Part shown: positions 46,787 through 56,167 of the stretch, piece by piece
How the letters are laid out: every line of letters starts with the position of its first letter
Numbering within the stretch: the stretch's first letter is position 1
NCBI GenBank assembly: GCA_965200705.1
Contig: OZ241376.1
Span: 2,210,813-2,274,812 of the forward strand
From: Bryobacterales bacterium
GTDB taxonomy: Bacteria > Acidobacteriota > Terriglobia > Bryobacterales > UBA6623
Direction of reading: 5' to 3'
DNA length: 64,000 bases
The notes under the pieces: model-generated
Databases searched by the model: none
What the model was told of the DNA's origin: nothing
The model's input: the letters and a program-made list of their open reading frames with translations, nothing else
Program-made: the position numbers and the translations under genes

Positions 46787-47950
46787 TCAGTCCGCCAGCT
46801 CAGGATCCACCGCGTGACCAGCCCCGCGGAAGTGGGCGGCCAGCACGTCCATCCCGAAGTCCCCGTCGAAGTCGCGCCACACCGCATGGCTGTGGTTGCT
46901 CTGATTCTGGGTGTTGGCGAACTCGATCAGGAACGTCGGCGACTGGATCCGGTAGTAGTTGCCGGCGAGATGCCGGTTCTCAGTGGTCTTGGAGCCGATC
47001 TCGATGGGCTGGGCCTCGGGCCGGTCGATGTCGCCCGCCCAGCCAAAGAACAGCTCATCGCGCGGTGTCTGTTTGGCCGTCTTCATGCGCGCCGCAGCGA
47101 TGCGGGGAGGCATGACGGTCGCGTACTCAGCAATCACCCCGAGAAGGGCATCGTACTGCGCATCCGAAAGCGCCGACGCCGGGATCCCCTGCGGCGAGCC
47201 CTCGAGCTTGGCGCGCTTGTCCGCCAGCGTCAGGATGTCGTACGGCGCCTGCTTGTCGAAGATCGCCTTGGCCTGTCCGTCGGAGCCGAGCGAGACCAGC
47301 AGCGCCCGGGCAAGGTCCTCCTCGCGCTCCAGTGCGCGCATGCCCTTGTGCGGTCCCTGCGGCACGTCATGGGGGTTCGCGCCGAGAAACGTCGGACTTG
47401 CCGCCACCAGCTCGCCCTCGCGGATGAGGTAGTGCAGGGACACGTGGTGCCCCTCCACGCGCCAGCCCCAGTCCCCAGTCATCCCGGGCTTGCCGAAGAC
47501 GGTGAAGTGGAACCGCTCCGCGTCACGGTATCCAGTGTGGTCGTCCTCGATCACGCGCACGATCTCCTCGAGCGCCATGACGTTCATCGTCTTCAGGAAC
47601 CCAGCCCGGCCGAGACCCGTGCTCAGCAGACCGTACGCAAGGTGCCTCTGCTTCGGATCCATGTCCTTGAAGGTCACGCCGTTCCGCACATAGCCGTACT
47701 CGTCCGCGAAGCCAGTCTCCGGAAAGTAGTGCCAGTTCGTGCGCTCAGGGGCATCCACTGGGAACACAGTGCCCATGGCCTGCATCCGGTCCAGGGACTC
47801 CAGCAGCCGGCCTGCGGCGTTCGCCATCATCTCTTCGGTCTTCAGCGCCTCGTAGGCCGTCGCGACGGACAGCGCAAAGAGCACCAGCAGGATGGCTCGG
47901 GTCGAACGGACACGCATCGAATGACACCTCCAAAGGACGCTAAGTCCCAA
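46787..47950 (-). CDS. DUF3500 domain protein (secreted)
   Basis: ..WHYFPE..FHFTVFGKPG..WGWRVEGHHVSLHY.. The true start may be the MRVRSTRAILL Met at 47917. Confidence 0.85.
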   Translation of the reverse strand: MGLSVLWRCHSMRVRSTRAILLVLFALSVATAYEALKTEEMMANAAGRLLESLDRMQAMGTVFPVDAPERTNWHYFPETGFADEYGYVRNGVTFKDMDPKQRHLAYGLLSTGLGRAGFLKTMNVMALEEIVRVIEDDHTGYRDAERFHFTVFGKPGMTGDWGWRVEGHHVSLHYLIREGELVAASPTFLGANPHDVPQGPHKGMRALEREEDLARALLVSLGSDGQAKAIFDKQAPYDILTLADKRAKLEGSPQGIPASALSDAQYDALLGVIAEYATVMPPRIAAARMKTAKQTPRDELFFGWAGDIDRPEAQPIEIGSKTTENRHLAGNYYRIQSPTFLIEFANTQNQSNHSHAVWRDFDGDFGMDVLAAHFRGAGHAVDPELAD

Positions 47951-48167
47951 CGGATCTTACCGTGAATCGACAGCAGCGAGGGCCCTGCCCCGGGCCTCGA
48001 CGCATCCATCGGCGGCCGTGGAAGGAGTCGGACCCGGCCGTGGCGCCATGCTGACCGACTGGCGGCCACGGCGAGTGAGTGGCTCGGCACGCCCAGTCCC
48101 AGGGCAGGGAGAAACAGGGGTTTTGTTATTCTGGCTTCGCGAGCGCTGAGGCGCCGCCGAGCTGGGG

Positions 48168-49493
48168 ATGGCAATAGACGAGGGCACACTGACGGTTACG
48201 GATTCCCGCACCCAACGAGCCTACGATCTACCCATCCAGAACGCCTCTGTGCAGGCCAAGGACCTGCGACAAGTGCGGGTCGAGCCGACCGAGTTCGGCA
48301 TGCTGAGCTACGACCCCGGGTTCCTGAACACGGCTGCGTGCACAAGCAGGGTCTGCTACATCGACGGGGCGCGCGGCATCCTGCGGTATCGGGGATACCC
48401 CATCGAGCAGCTTGCAGAACGCTGCACGTACACGGAGGTCGCACACCTTCTGCTGCGGAACGACCTGCCGACCCAGCGCGAGCTGGAAGCCTGGGACCAG
48501 CAGATCATCGAGCACTCCCGGGTCCACGAGAACGTTAAGAAGTTCGTCGACGGGTTCCTGTACGACGCCCATCCGATGGGCGTGCTGGTCAGCACAATCG
48601 CTGCCCTCTCAACGTTCTATCCCGACGCGAAGGACATCGGGAGCGGCAGTAATCGCGCCCGCCAGCAGGTTCGGATTCTCAGCAAGGTGCCCACCATCGC
48701 AGCGTACGCCTATCGCAAGAGCCGAGGCTATTCCTACGCGGAGCCCGACTGGAGCCTGTCCTACAGCGAGAACTTCATCCACATGCTCTGGAGCGGCACC
48801 AGACGCGAGCCTAAGGCGGGAGCCGCAGAGGTGCTCGCGGGAGCCTTGGACACGCTGTTCATCCTGCATGCGGAGCACGAGCAGAACTGCTCGACATCAA
48901 CGATGCGGCAGGTCGCAAGCGCAGACTCGGATCCCTACGTCAGCTTGGCGGCTGCAGCAGCTGCGCTCTACGGACCGCTGCACGGCGGTGCGAACGAGGC
49001 AGTGCTGAGGATGCTTGACGAGATCGGGTCGCGAAGAAACATTCCGCTGTTCATGGAGCAGGTCAAGGCGGGCGAGCGGCGCCTGATGGGGTTCGGGCAC
49101 CGGGTCTACAAGAACTACGACCCCAGAGCGCGCATCGTACGCCGGGCGGCCGAGGAAGTCTTCGAAGTCACGGGCCGGAACTCGAAGATCGACTTGGCAA
49201 TGGAGCTGGAGCGAATCGCGCTCGAGGACGACTATTTCGTCAAGCGGCGCCTGTATCCAAACGTCGACTTCTACTCGGGCATCATCTACGAGGCGATGGG
49301 CTTTCGGCCGGAGATGTTCACCGTCCTGTTCGCGATCGGACGCGTTGCGGGATGGCTGGCCCACTGGGAGGAGCTGATGTGCGATTCCGAGAAGCGGATC
49401 GCGAGGCCGCGCCAGATCTACGCTGGGCAGGACAAGCGAAACTTCATCCCGATGGAAGAGCGCCTGGAGCGCGCCCAGAGCGAACTGCTCTAG
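48168..49493 (+). CDS. gltA: Citrate synthase
   Basis: ..YRGYPIEQLA..LHAEHEQNCSTST..GPLHGGANE..GFGHRVYKNYDPRA.. Confidence 0.95.
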   Translation: MAIDEGTLTVTDSRTQRAYDLPIQNASVQAKDLRQVRVEPTEFGMLSYDPGFLNTAACTSRVCYIDGARGILRYRGYPIEQLAERCTYTEVAHLLLRNDLPTQRELEAWDQQIIEHSRVHENVKKFVDGFLYDAHPMGVLVSTIAALSTFYPDAKDIGSGSNRARQQVRILSKVPTIAAYAYRKSRGYSYAEPDWSLSYSENFIHMLWSGTRREPKAGAAEVLAGALDTLFILHAEHEQNCSTSTMRQVASADSDPYVSLAAAAAALYGPLHGGANEAVLRMLDEIGSRRNIPLFMEQVKAGERRLMGFGHRVYKNYDPRARIVRRAAEEVFEVTGRNSKIDLAMELERIALEDDYFVKRRLYPNVDFYSGIIYEAMGFRPEMFTVLFAIGRVAGWLAHWEELMCDSEKRIARPRQIYAGQDKRNFIPMEERLERAQSELL

Positions 49494-51046
49494 TCAGAGC
49501 GTCCGCCGGCACCAGACGGCTGGAGGGCCTCCCAAGGCAGTCGTCCGCCGCATCGATCCGCGTAGAACGGTCCGGGATCGGGAACGGAGGCCACGACTGT
49601 GGCAGGCCTCCTCTGCATCGCTGCCCCATCGACCACGATCGCGGAGTGCGCGGCGGAACGGCCGGCCATGCTCTCGGCAACGGTGTTCCACGGCCCGACC
49701 TGGTGATCATCCGCGAACGACGCGGCCAAGGTGGGACGCTGGACGGGTCTGCGCAGGCCCTGGTAGTACCACCGATGAAGCAGCAGCTCTCCATGGGGCG
49801 CACCATTCGAGTCCGGCACCTTGAGCCTCAGGGTCGCCACGTCCATGCCAAGGATGGATGTACCCGTCGAGAATCCGCCGTAAATCCCCTCGCCTCCAAA
49901 CAGGCGGCGCCCATTCCGCGAGACCGATGCCGCGAAGCGGTTTCCACCCGCAAACGCACTCATCGAACCGAGGCGCGTTGGGTAGCCGAAGACCTCGCGG
50001 CCGAGTGTGGATCCCTCGAGCGCCGGCCGCACATGGGCCGCGGCGTACCATGCGCGCCGACCCTGTACCACGCAGTCGACGAATAGCCAGGCCTCGTCGA
50101 CCGAGGGATCCTCGAGGCCGCGAACGGCCATGACCCTCGCGGACGCACCCGGGATCGATGCGCACGGCGGAGGCAGCAGGGCCTGGGCTGCTTCCTCCGG
50201 CAGCACGGAGTCGATCGCGACGATCAGCAGGTCGGTGCTGAAGGTCTGGCGACGCCCGCGGTAGGCAGCCAAGTCTTCGGGCGTGGCGAAGTGGGGATTC
50301 GGCGGCACGATGCCCATCTCGCCGCCTCGGAAGCGCCGGAAAGCGAACGGCGCCATTGCGCTGGGGCTCAGGTTCTGAACGTGCTCGAACTCATGCCCCA
50401 CCGACCCTCCGCCGACGGCTGCCTGGACAGGACCTCCCGCAGCGAGCCGCGACAGCCAACCGTCAAGATGGCCCTGCGCACGGACCCGTGACGGTTCGAG
50501 CAGGCGGCCGCTAGAGGACTCGCCACCGCGGAAGCACACAAGAGAGGCTCCACGACCATCGAGCGGTCCCTGCGTCCAGTCCGACGCGAGAATGTAGCGC
50601 AGCGCCAGCAGCCGCGGCGGAGGCCCAGTCAATTCGCCGAGGGCGGCGCGGTCCGCGTGCGCAGCGAATGACGACTTGCCATCGACGAGCAGCCGACAAA
50701 TGTCTCTACTGATCTGAACCTCGCCTCGGAACGCAGGCAGGTGCATCCCCTCTCGCAGGCGCAGGTAGAAGGCTTCGTCGGCGGTCCAGATCGCCAGCAG
50801 CAGTTCGCCGAGCTTCCCGCCCAGCAAGACTGGCAGGCGCAAGCTGCACTGCGCCGGACCATCTCCCCCCTCGAAGACCACAACGGCTCGCGGTGGTTCC
50901 GGGAGTTCGAACGGCGGCGGCAGGTCGGGCGGGCGCTTCAGCGCAAGCTCCACACGCAGCCCCTCGGACGACGCTTCCTGGGGCCGACCACTGAGAGCAT
51001 GGGGCAGCGTGCCGCACGCCGCCAGGAAGCTGCGCCTGTCAAGCAT
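49490..51046 (-). CDS. Tat-signal protein with a C-terminal acetoacetate-decarboxylase (ADC)-family-like domain
   Basis: MLDRRSFLAACGTL..; the C-terminal half reads ..EAWLFVDCVVQGRRAWYAA..GREVFGYPTRLG... The N-terminal ~250 aa are unassigned. The stop overlaps the gltA stop by 4 bp (convergent). Confidence 0.7.
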   Translation of the reverse strand: MLDRRSFLAACGTLPHALSGRPQEASSEGLRVELALKRPPDLPPPFELPEPPRAVVVFEGGDGPAQCSLRLPVLLGGKLGELLLAIWTADEAFYLRLREGMHLPAFRGEVQISRDICRLLVDGKSSFAAHADRAALGELTGPPPRLLALRYILASDWTQGPLDGRGASLVCFRGGESSSGRLLEPSRVRAQGHLDGWLSRLAAGGPVQAAVGGGSVGHEFEHVQNLSPSAMAPFAFRRFRGGEMGIVPPNPHFATPEDLAAYRGRRQTFSTDLLIVAIDSVLPEEAAQALLPPPCASIPGASARVMAVRGLEDPSVDEAWLFVDCVVQGRRAWYAAAHVRPALEGSTLGREVFGYPTRLGSMSAFAGGNRFAASVSRNGRRLFGGEGIYGGFSTGTSILGMDVATLRLKVPDSNGAPHGELLLHRWYYQGLRRPVQRPTLAASFADDHQVGPWNTVAESMAGRSAAHSAIVVDGAAMQRRPATVVASVPDPGPFYADRCGGRLPWEALQPSGAGGRSD

Positions 51047-51564
51047 GGTCCATTCTGGCCCGAACACGGTCTGGGAACCGTGGAGGAATCGTGCATTCCG
51101 GCCATATAGACATCGAAGCGGTGGGACGGAACCGGCCAAACCACGCTGCGTCTTGCCGACCATGAGGGCCATCCGGGGCGAACCAAGCCCCACTTGAGGC
51201 CGATGCACGTGTACGGGATCCGGTGCGAAAGCCCCTGGTGGACCGAACTGATCCAGATCTTCCCGCTCTTCCGATCCAATGTCTCCGAACGACTCTCGAT
51301 CGATGCGATTTCGCGAAGACGAGTTGCCCGATCAGCGGTCAAGTGTCAGCCGAAGTGACGGCTCGACTGTTCCGATGACTGCGGCCTCGTCACTAGAGAC
51401 GCGGACAGGGAAGCAGCACCTCTCAAACCGGCATATAGCCAGGGATCTGGATTCCGGCCTCTCGCCCTGGCCAGGCGGCCTGGTCGGTCGTGTATTCTGT
51501 ATGCAAGGGCGCAGCCTGCGGCGTTTGGGCGTGCACGGCCAGGCTTCGACCCGTCGGACCCTTG

Positions 51565-51641
51565 GCCGACGTAGCTCAGTTGGTTAGAGCGCCTGATTGT
51601 GGATCAGGAGGTCGATGGTTCGAATCCATCCGTCGGTACCA
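51565..51641 (+). tRNA. tRNA-His (anticodon GTG), CCA encoded
   Basis: Folded by hand. Acceptor GCCGACG/CGTCGGT (G1-U72). D arm GCTC-AGTTGGTTA-GAGC. Anticodon arm CCTGA-TTGTGGA-TCAGG. Variable loop AGGTC. T arm GATGG-TTCGAAT-CCATC. Discriminator A, then CCA. Confidence 0.9.
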
Positions 51642-51670
51642 TCCGCATGCCCACAGCGAGCGTGGAGCGG

Positions 51671-53422
51671 CTATAGCGTTGGAACGCCCAGCAGCGTCAT
51701 TGCGGCCTTGAATATCCCGAACAGGCCCTCGCCCGCGACGAGGCCTGATGCCACGGCGAAGGAGTACCTCTCGGCTCCCTGGGGTGACCGTCGCTGCCAC
51801 ACCACCAGCACCAGCGAACCGAAGAAGATCACCAGCGAATAGAACGCCTGCACGATGAACGCGATGCCCACGGCGAGTCCGCTGGGCAGAAATGGCGCAA
51901 TCGCCGGTATACGGCGCAGGATCGGCAGCAGCGCCCCGAAGGCGGCCCCCGCCGCCACAGCCGCCCCCGCATGCGGAGGCAGGGCATCCAGTCCCTGCGT
52001 GAGCAGCTCCGCCATCGCCTTCCAAGAGAAAGCCGCGGGCGCCGGAAGCTGGTCACCGCCGAGAGGGTAGGCCCCGGTCACGAGCAGGTAGGCCGGGATG
52101 CAGAAGAACACTCCAGCGCCAATGCCCCAGAGCTGCGCGACAAACTGTCGGCGCGGTGAAGCCCCGAGCAGCTTGCCCGTCTTGAGATCCTGCATCATGT
52201 CCGCCGCCTGCGACGCTCCTGCACCTGTGATCGCGGCGGCCATCAGGTTGGTGCTCAGGCTACCGGGCGAAAGGCCCCCGTAGACCAGCTGCGTCACCTT
52301 GCCCATGCCGCCGACTGGATTGATGTCGGTCTCCCCCGTCGACCGGACGGCGACCGCGGCCAGTGTGAAGGACAGCACCAAGGCCAGAACGGTGAGCGCG
52401 GGCGGAATTTCGAACAGGAAGTACGCGGCGATGGTCGTGCCGACAGCCGCGATGGCCAAGCCGTTCCGCCACCATTTCGTCGGGATGTCCTGCACGTCCG
52501 GCCCACCACGGAGCCGGCCGGCTCCGCGAAACGCTCGCAGAAACGTCCGCCACTGCAGCGCCAGCGACGTAAGCGCCTCGGAGACCATGATCGCGACGCC
52601 GGGCCAGAGCAACCAGCCACGCGGTCCGTCGGTGTAGGACATGATGTCGCCCGGCGCCCATCCCTGGGCCTGCACCCGGGGGCCGAGCAGGCCCCACGCC
52701 ACGACCGCCCCGAGGGCGAGGCTGGCGCTCACCCGAGGTCCGATCAGGATGCCTGCACCGAAGAGCATGGGTCCGAAGTACAGGCGGAATCCCCACGCGG
52801 CCGCAGTGCTCAGAGCCGCGATCCCGAACAGGTCCGCCGGCGGCATCTCAAGCGCCGGCAAGAAGTAGGTCAGGAGGGTGAACGCGCCGGCCAAGCCGCC
52901 GGCAATGAGCAGGGCACGCGCCTTGGCCACCGCCTCGCGAGCCTTGGCAAACATCGCCAGGATCGTCTGCGCCGTCGCCGTGCCAGTGGGAAACCGCAGC
53001 TTGTCGACATCGATCATCTGCCGGCGCAGCGGCACTGCGAAGAACACCCCGAGATAGGCGATCGAGAGCGCCCAGAGCCCGAGGCCGGCCAGCGGGATTT
53101 TGAAGCCGAGCAACTGCATCGCCGGTATCGCGGCGAGCAGGCCGGCCGCCGAGGCCATCGTGCCAGCGGCCGATCCGGTGGTCTGGGTGATGTTGCACTC
53201 GAGCACGGACAGCGAACGCCCGAGGACGAGGAACAGGGCGAACCCGAGGATCGCGGCGATCAGCGAGCCTCCGAAGGACCAACCGATCTTCAGGCCCATG
53301 TAGATGTTCATGCAGGAGACGAGACCACCGAGGAGACAGCCCGCGACTACGGAACGGGCGGTGAGCTGGTGCTCGCCCGTGCTCGGCCGGTAGATCTGCT
53401 CACTCGAGGACTCGGGATGCAT
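51671..53422 (-). CDS. OPT-family oligopeptide transporter
   Basis: ..LTARSVVAGCLLGGLVSCMNIYMGLKIGWSFGGSLIAAILGF.., with many TM segments. The start was chosen at MHPESS. Confidence 0.9.
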   Translation of the reverse strand: MHPESSSEQIYRPSTGEHQLTARSVVAGCLLGGLVSCMNIYMGLKIGWSFGGSLIAAILGFALFLVLGRSLSVLECNITQTTGSAAGTMASAAGLLAAIPAMQLLGFKIPLAGLGLWALSIAYLGVFFAVPLRRQMIDVDKLRFPTGTATAQTILAMFAKAREAVAKARALLIAGGLAGAFTLLTYFLPALEMPPADLFGIAALSTAAAWGFRLYFGPMLFGAGILIGPRVSASLALGAVVAWGLLGPRVQAQGWAPGDIMSYTDGPRGWLLWPGVAIMVSEALTSLALQWRTFLRAFRGAGRLRGGPDVQDIPTKWWRNGLAIAAVGTTIAAYFLFEIPPALTVLALVLSFTLAAVAVRSTGETDINPVGGMGKVTQLVYGGLSPGSLSTNLMAAAITGAGASQAADMMQDLKTGKLLGASPRRQFVAQLWGIGAGVFFCIPAYLLVTGAYPLGGDQLPAPAAFSWKAMAELLTQGLDALPPHAGAAVAAGAAFGALLPILRRIPAIAPFLPSGLAVGIAFIVQAFYSLVIFFGSLVLVVWQRRSPQGAERYSFAVASGLVAGEGLFGIFKAAMTLLGVPTL

Positions 53423-53532
53423 CTTGGTCTCGCGGCCGTGACACAGACTACCAAAGGGGTCACGAAGGCCCCGCACGCGGGGCCCTTCGCCTGCGCTCGG
53501 AGCGGCATCACCATCCGAGATCGAAAACCGAC

Positions 53533-54937
53533 CTAGCCCAAGTTTGCCAAGCGAGGAGCGATTTTGGCCGAATTCGGCGTGTTTTGCGCTGCAAGTCGTT
53601 GGTTTTCAATGGCCAGCCTCCTGAAACCCCCAATGCAGTGCCCTAATAACTTACAGTTCCCTGACTCCCCTCCCAGGGCCTGCTCCCATCGGAGCCTGTT
53701 CGTCCGCCGGACCCCCACTCGCCCCCGCGCCAAGGGCCAGGAGTCCCACTTCACCCACCGCCTCGTCCGCTCCGTCCGCTGCGGCTCCAAGGTGCGCCAG
53801 CGCACTTTGCTCAACCTCGGCCGCCACTTCGCCCTGCCGTGCGGGGACTGGCCGGCGCTGTGCGCCCGCGTCGAGCGCATCCTCGCCCCCCAGCGGTCCC
53901 TCGAGTTCGGGGCCTGCTCCCCCGCGGTCGAGGACGAGGCCCAGCGCAGCGCCGCCCTGCAGCGCGCCAGCGACCGCCTGCTGCGCCAGCGCGACACGAT
54001 CGAGACGCGTCTCCTCCAGCGCGCCGCTCCAGGGTCCTGGCCGGCAACGTCGCCGAGGGCGGCGCGCTGCAGGCCATGCCGACGGCCCTGGACGCGCCGC
54101 CCGAGGCGGCCGTCGTGCTCGACAGGGGTCTCGCCACGGAGGGGAACGTCGCCTGGCTGCGCGAGCGGGGCCACCGGTGCCTGGTGGCCAGCCGCGAGCG
54201 GCGGCGCGTCTTCGACGCGAGCCGGGCGGTGGCCATCGGCACCGCCGGGGGGCAGCGTGTGCTGGCCTACGCCGCGACGGACGGGAACGGCGAGACGCGC
54301 CTGCGCTGCGCATCCGCGCAGCGGGCGGAGCAGGAGCGGGCGATGGCGGGGCAGGCCGGCGCGCGCCTCGAGACGGCTCTGCAGACGCTGCACGAGGGCC
54401 TGTCGCGCCAGGGCACGACCAGGCGCGTGGAGAAGGTCTGGCAGCGCATCTCACGGCTGCAGGCCCGCCATCCGTCCGCCGCCCCGCACGACGCGATCGA
54501 CGTGCAGGCGGACGACAGGGGCCGCAACGCGACGGCAGTGGCCTGGAAGCGGCAGCCGCTGGAGGGCAGCGGGGCGACCCATCCCGGGGTCCACGGCCTG
54601 CGCACCAGCAGCGTCGGCTGGGCCGCCGAGCGGCTGTGGCGCACCTGCGTGACGCGGACCGACCTGGAGGCCGTCCTCCGCTCCCTCGGGAGCGCACTGG
54701 GACCGCGCCCGATCCACCACCGCAGGCCCGCGCGCAGCGCGGGCCGCCTGTGCCTGTCGGTGCTCGCCTGCCAGCTGGTCCCGGTGGTCCGGCAGCGCCT
54801 GCGGGCGGGCGGGGAGACGGCCCGCCAGGCGGACGGACGCATGCTGCACGTGCGCAAGGCGGCGCGGGCCGAGTCCTGGCGGCGGGAGATCCACGAGCGG
54901 CTGGGCGTGGAAGCCTCGCCGGGCGGGGTCCGCAAGC
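53533..54937 (+). mobile_element. IS1634-family element, copy B; left end present, 3' end (about 120 bp plus the right inverted repeat) missing, internally deleted
   Basis: The left end CTAGCCCAAGTTTGCCA and the first ~400 bp are near-identical to copy A. It retains VAWLRERGHRCLVASRERRRVF.. and ..DGRMLHVRKAARAESWRREIHERLGVEASPGGVRK, which copy A lacks, and it lacks segments that A retains. It ends at a ccgcaagc microhomology junction. Confidence 0.8.
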
Positions 54938-55390
54938 GTGTCAAGCTTGGCCTCGAAGCGGGCGATGAGGTTAGCTGAGGCCATGTCGCGTATCCCCGTG
55001 AACGGTATGAACGCCTCGTCGGGATCCAGGCCCGTCCTGCGCAGCAGCGCGAAGATGCGCTCGTCCTCCGGCGCTGGGGGTCAGACACTGGCATCGCGGT
55101 CGTCCTCGAGCCGCAGGTCGAAGCACTGGCGGGCGCTCGCGACCAACAGCCACAAGATACAGAATCTAACTGGGCGCAGCCGTGTCGTGCAGCAGGGCCG
55201 GCGTCCAAGAGGCGCGCCCAAGGAAAGCGCCGGGAATGGGGTGCAAACGGTAGCCGGGCGAGTTCAGTGTCTCGGAACAAGCGGACTAGGCTGGGGACGA
55301 TGCTGGACATGCAGTAGGATGCCGCGGGTGCTCTGCTCGACGCCCGCGACAGAGTTCGGCTCGACCGGGGCAGCGAAAGTGCGGAAAACT
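54930..55390. repeat. Segmental duplication, unit A (diverged copy of 55669-56129)
   Basis: A hand alignment is colinear over about 460 bp, with many substitutions and a few indels. Confidence 0.85.
54938..55094 (-). pseudogene. Truncated, frameshifted copy of the small coiled-coil membrane-protein gene
   Basis: MPVSD.. is followed by a 1-nt deletion relative to the intact copy. It continues ..PEDERIFALLRRTGLDPDEAFIPFTGIRDMASANLIARFEAKLD and then runs into antisense IS sequence. Confidence 0.6.
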
Positions 55391-55483
55391 GCTCGTGGAA
55401 GCCCGCCACGGGCCTCATCCCGATTCTGGCGACCTAAGGTGCCCCAAGAACGAACGGGCGTCCGCGCCGAAGGACCACGACCG

Positions 55484-55834
55484 TCAGGAGCCGAACAGCT
55501 GGCCGCCTGCAATCAGGACGAGCAAGGCGACGACGAGCCCCAGGCCCCAGCGCAGCGCGGAGATCGAGGCCTTGAGCGCCTCGGCGCTGGCCTGCTGGGA
55601 TGCGGCGAGCGCCTCGGCGCTGGCCTGCTGGGATGCGGCGAGTGCCTCGGCGCTGGCCTGCTGGGATGCCGCAAGCGCGTCAAGCTTGGACTCGAAGCGG
55701 GCGATGAGGTTAGCTGAGGCCATGTCGCGTATCCCAGTGAACAGTATAAACGCCTCGTCGGGATCCAAGCCCGTCCTGCGCAGCAGCGCGAAGATGCGCT
55801 CGTCCTCCGGCGCTGGAGGATCAGGTACGGGCAT
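55484..55834 (-). CDS. Small coiled-coil protein with a C-terminal TM anchor (DUF1640-like architecture)
   Basis: MPVPDPPAPEDERIFALLRRTGLDPDEAFILFTGIRDMASANLIARFESKLD(ALAASQQASAE)x3ALKASISALRWGLGLVVALLVLIAGGQLFGS*. Confidence 0.65.
   Translation of the reverse strand: MPVPDPPAPEDERIFALLRRTGLDPDEAFILFTGIRDMASANLIARFESKLDALAASQQASAEALAASQQASAEALAASQQASAEALKASISALRWGLGLVVALLVLIAGGQLFGS
55578..55676. repeat. 33-bp tandem repeat x3, in frame (encodes ALAASQQASAE x3)
   Basis: gcctcggcgctggcctgctgggatgcggcgagc is repeated at 55578, 55611 and 55644 with 1-3 substitutions. Confidence 0.95.
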
Positions 55835-56129
55835 CGGAGTCGTCCTCAAGCGGCAGGTCGAAGCGCTGGCGGGCACTCGCAGCCAACAGCCACAAGATTA
55901 CTGCATTGAATTGGACGCAGCCGTGTAATACAGCAGGGTCGGCGTCCAAGAGGCACGCCCAGGGAGAGTGCCGGAAATGGGTGCAAACGGTAGCCAGACA
56001 AGTTCAAGGTCGCGGAGCAAGCGGACTGGGCCGATGACGGTGCCGGACATGCAGTAGGATGCCGCGGGTGCTCTGCTCGACGCCCGCGACAGTGTTCGGC
56101 TCGGTCAGGGTAGCGAGAGTGCAGAAAGC
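55669..56129. repeat. Segmental duplication, unit B (contains the 5' half and upstream region of the intact small gene)
   Basis: See unit A. The offset between the units is 739 bp. Confidence 0.85.
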
Positions 56130-56154
56130 CCCCAGCGCCGCCGCCACGCACCAC

Positions 56155-56167
56155 TCCCCCCCCCCCC
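56155..56167. repeat. C13 homopolymer tract (G13 on the minus strand)
   Basis: Read directly from cactccccccccccccgcg. Confidence 0.95.

Noticed and set aside
51330-51440. An SRP (4.5S) RNA candidate because of ..GGACAGGGAAGCAGCAC.. upstream of tRNA-His
   Set aside because: The conserved GGAA tetraloop and symmetric-loop helix 8 could not be built by hand. The resemblance is limited to GGAAGCAGC and needs a covariance-model scan before any claim.
51642-53532. A genomic island integrated at tRNA-His
   Set aside because: No direct repeat of the tRNA 3' end and no integrase were found downstream. The adjacent OPT transporter looks like core gene content.
55578-55676. A CRISPR-like array
   Set aside because: The three 33-bp units are directly adjacent with no spacers and lie in frame inside a coding sequence. 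No cas genes are present.
54930-56129. Diversity-generating retroelement (template/variable repeat pair) as an explanation for the diverged 0.46-kb duplicate
   Set aside because: The differences are not confined to adenines of one copy: changes run both ways and indels are present. The duplicated segment covers promoter and 5' gene sequence, not a C-terminal variable region. No reverse transcriptase gene is nearby.
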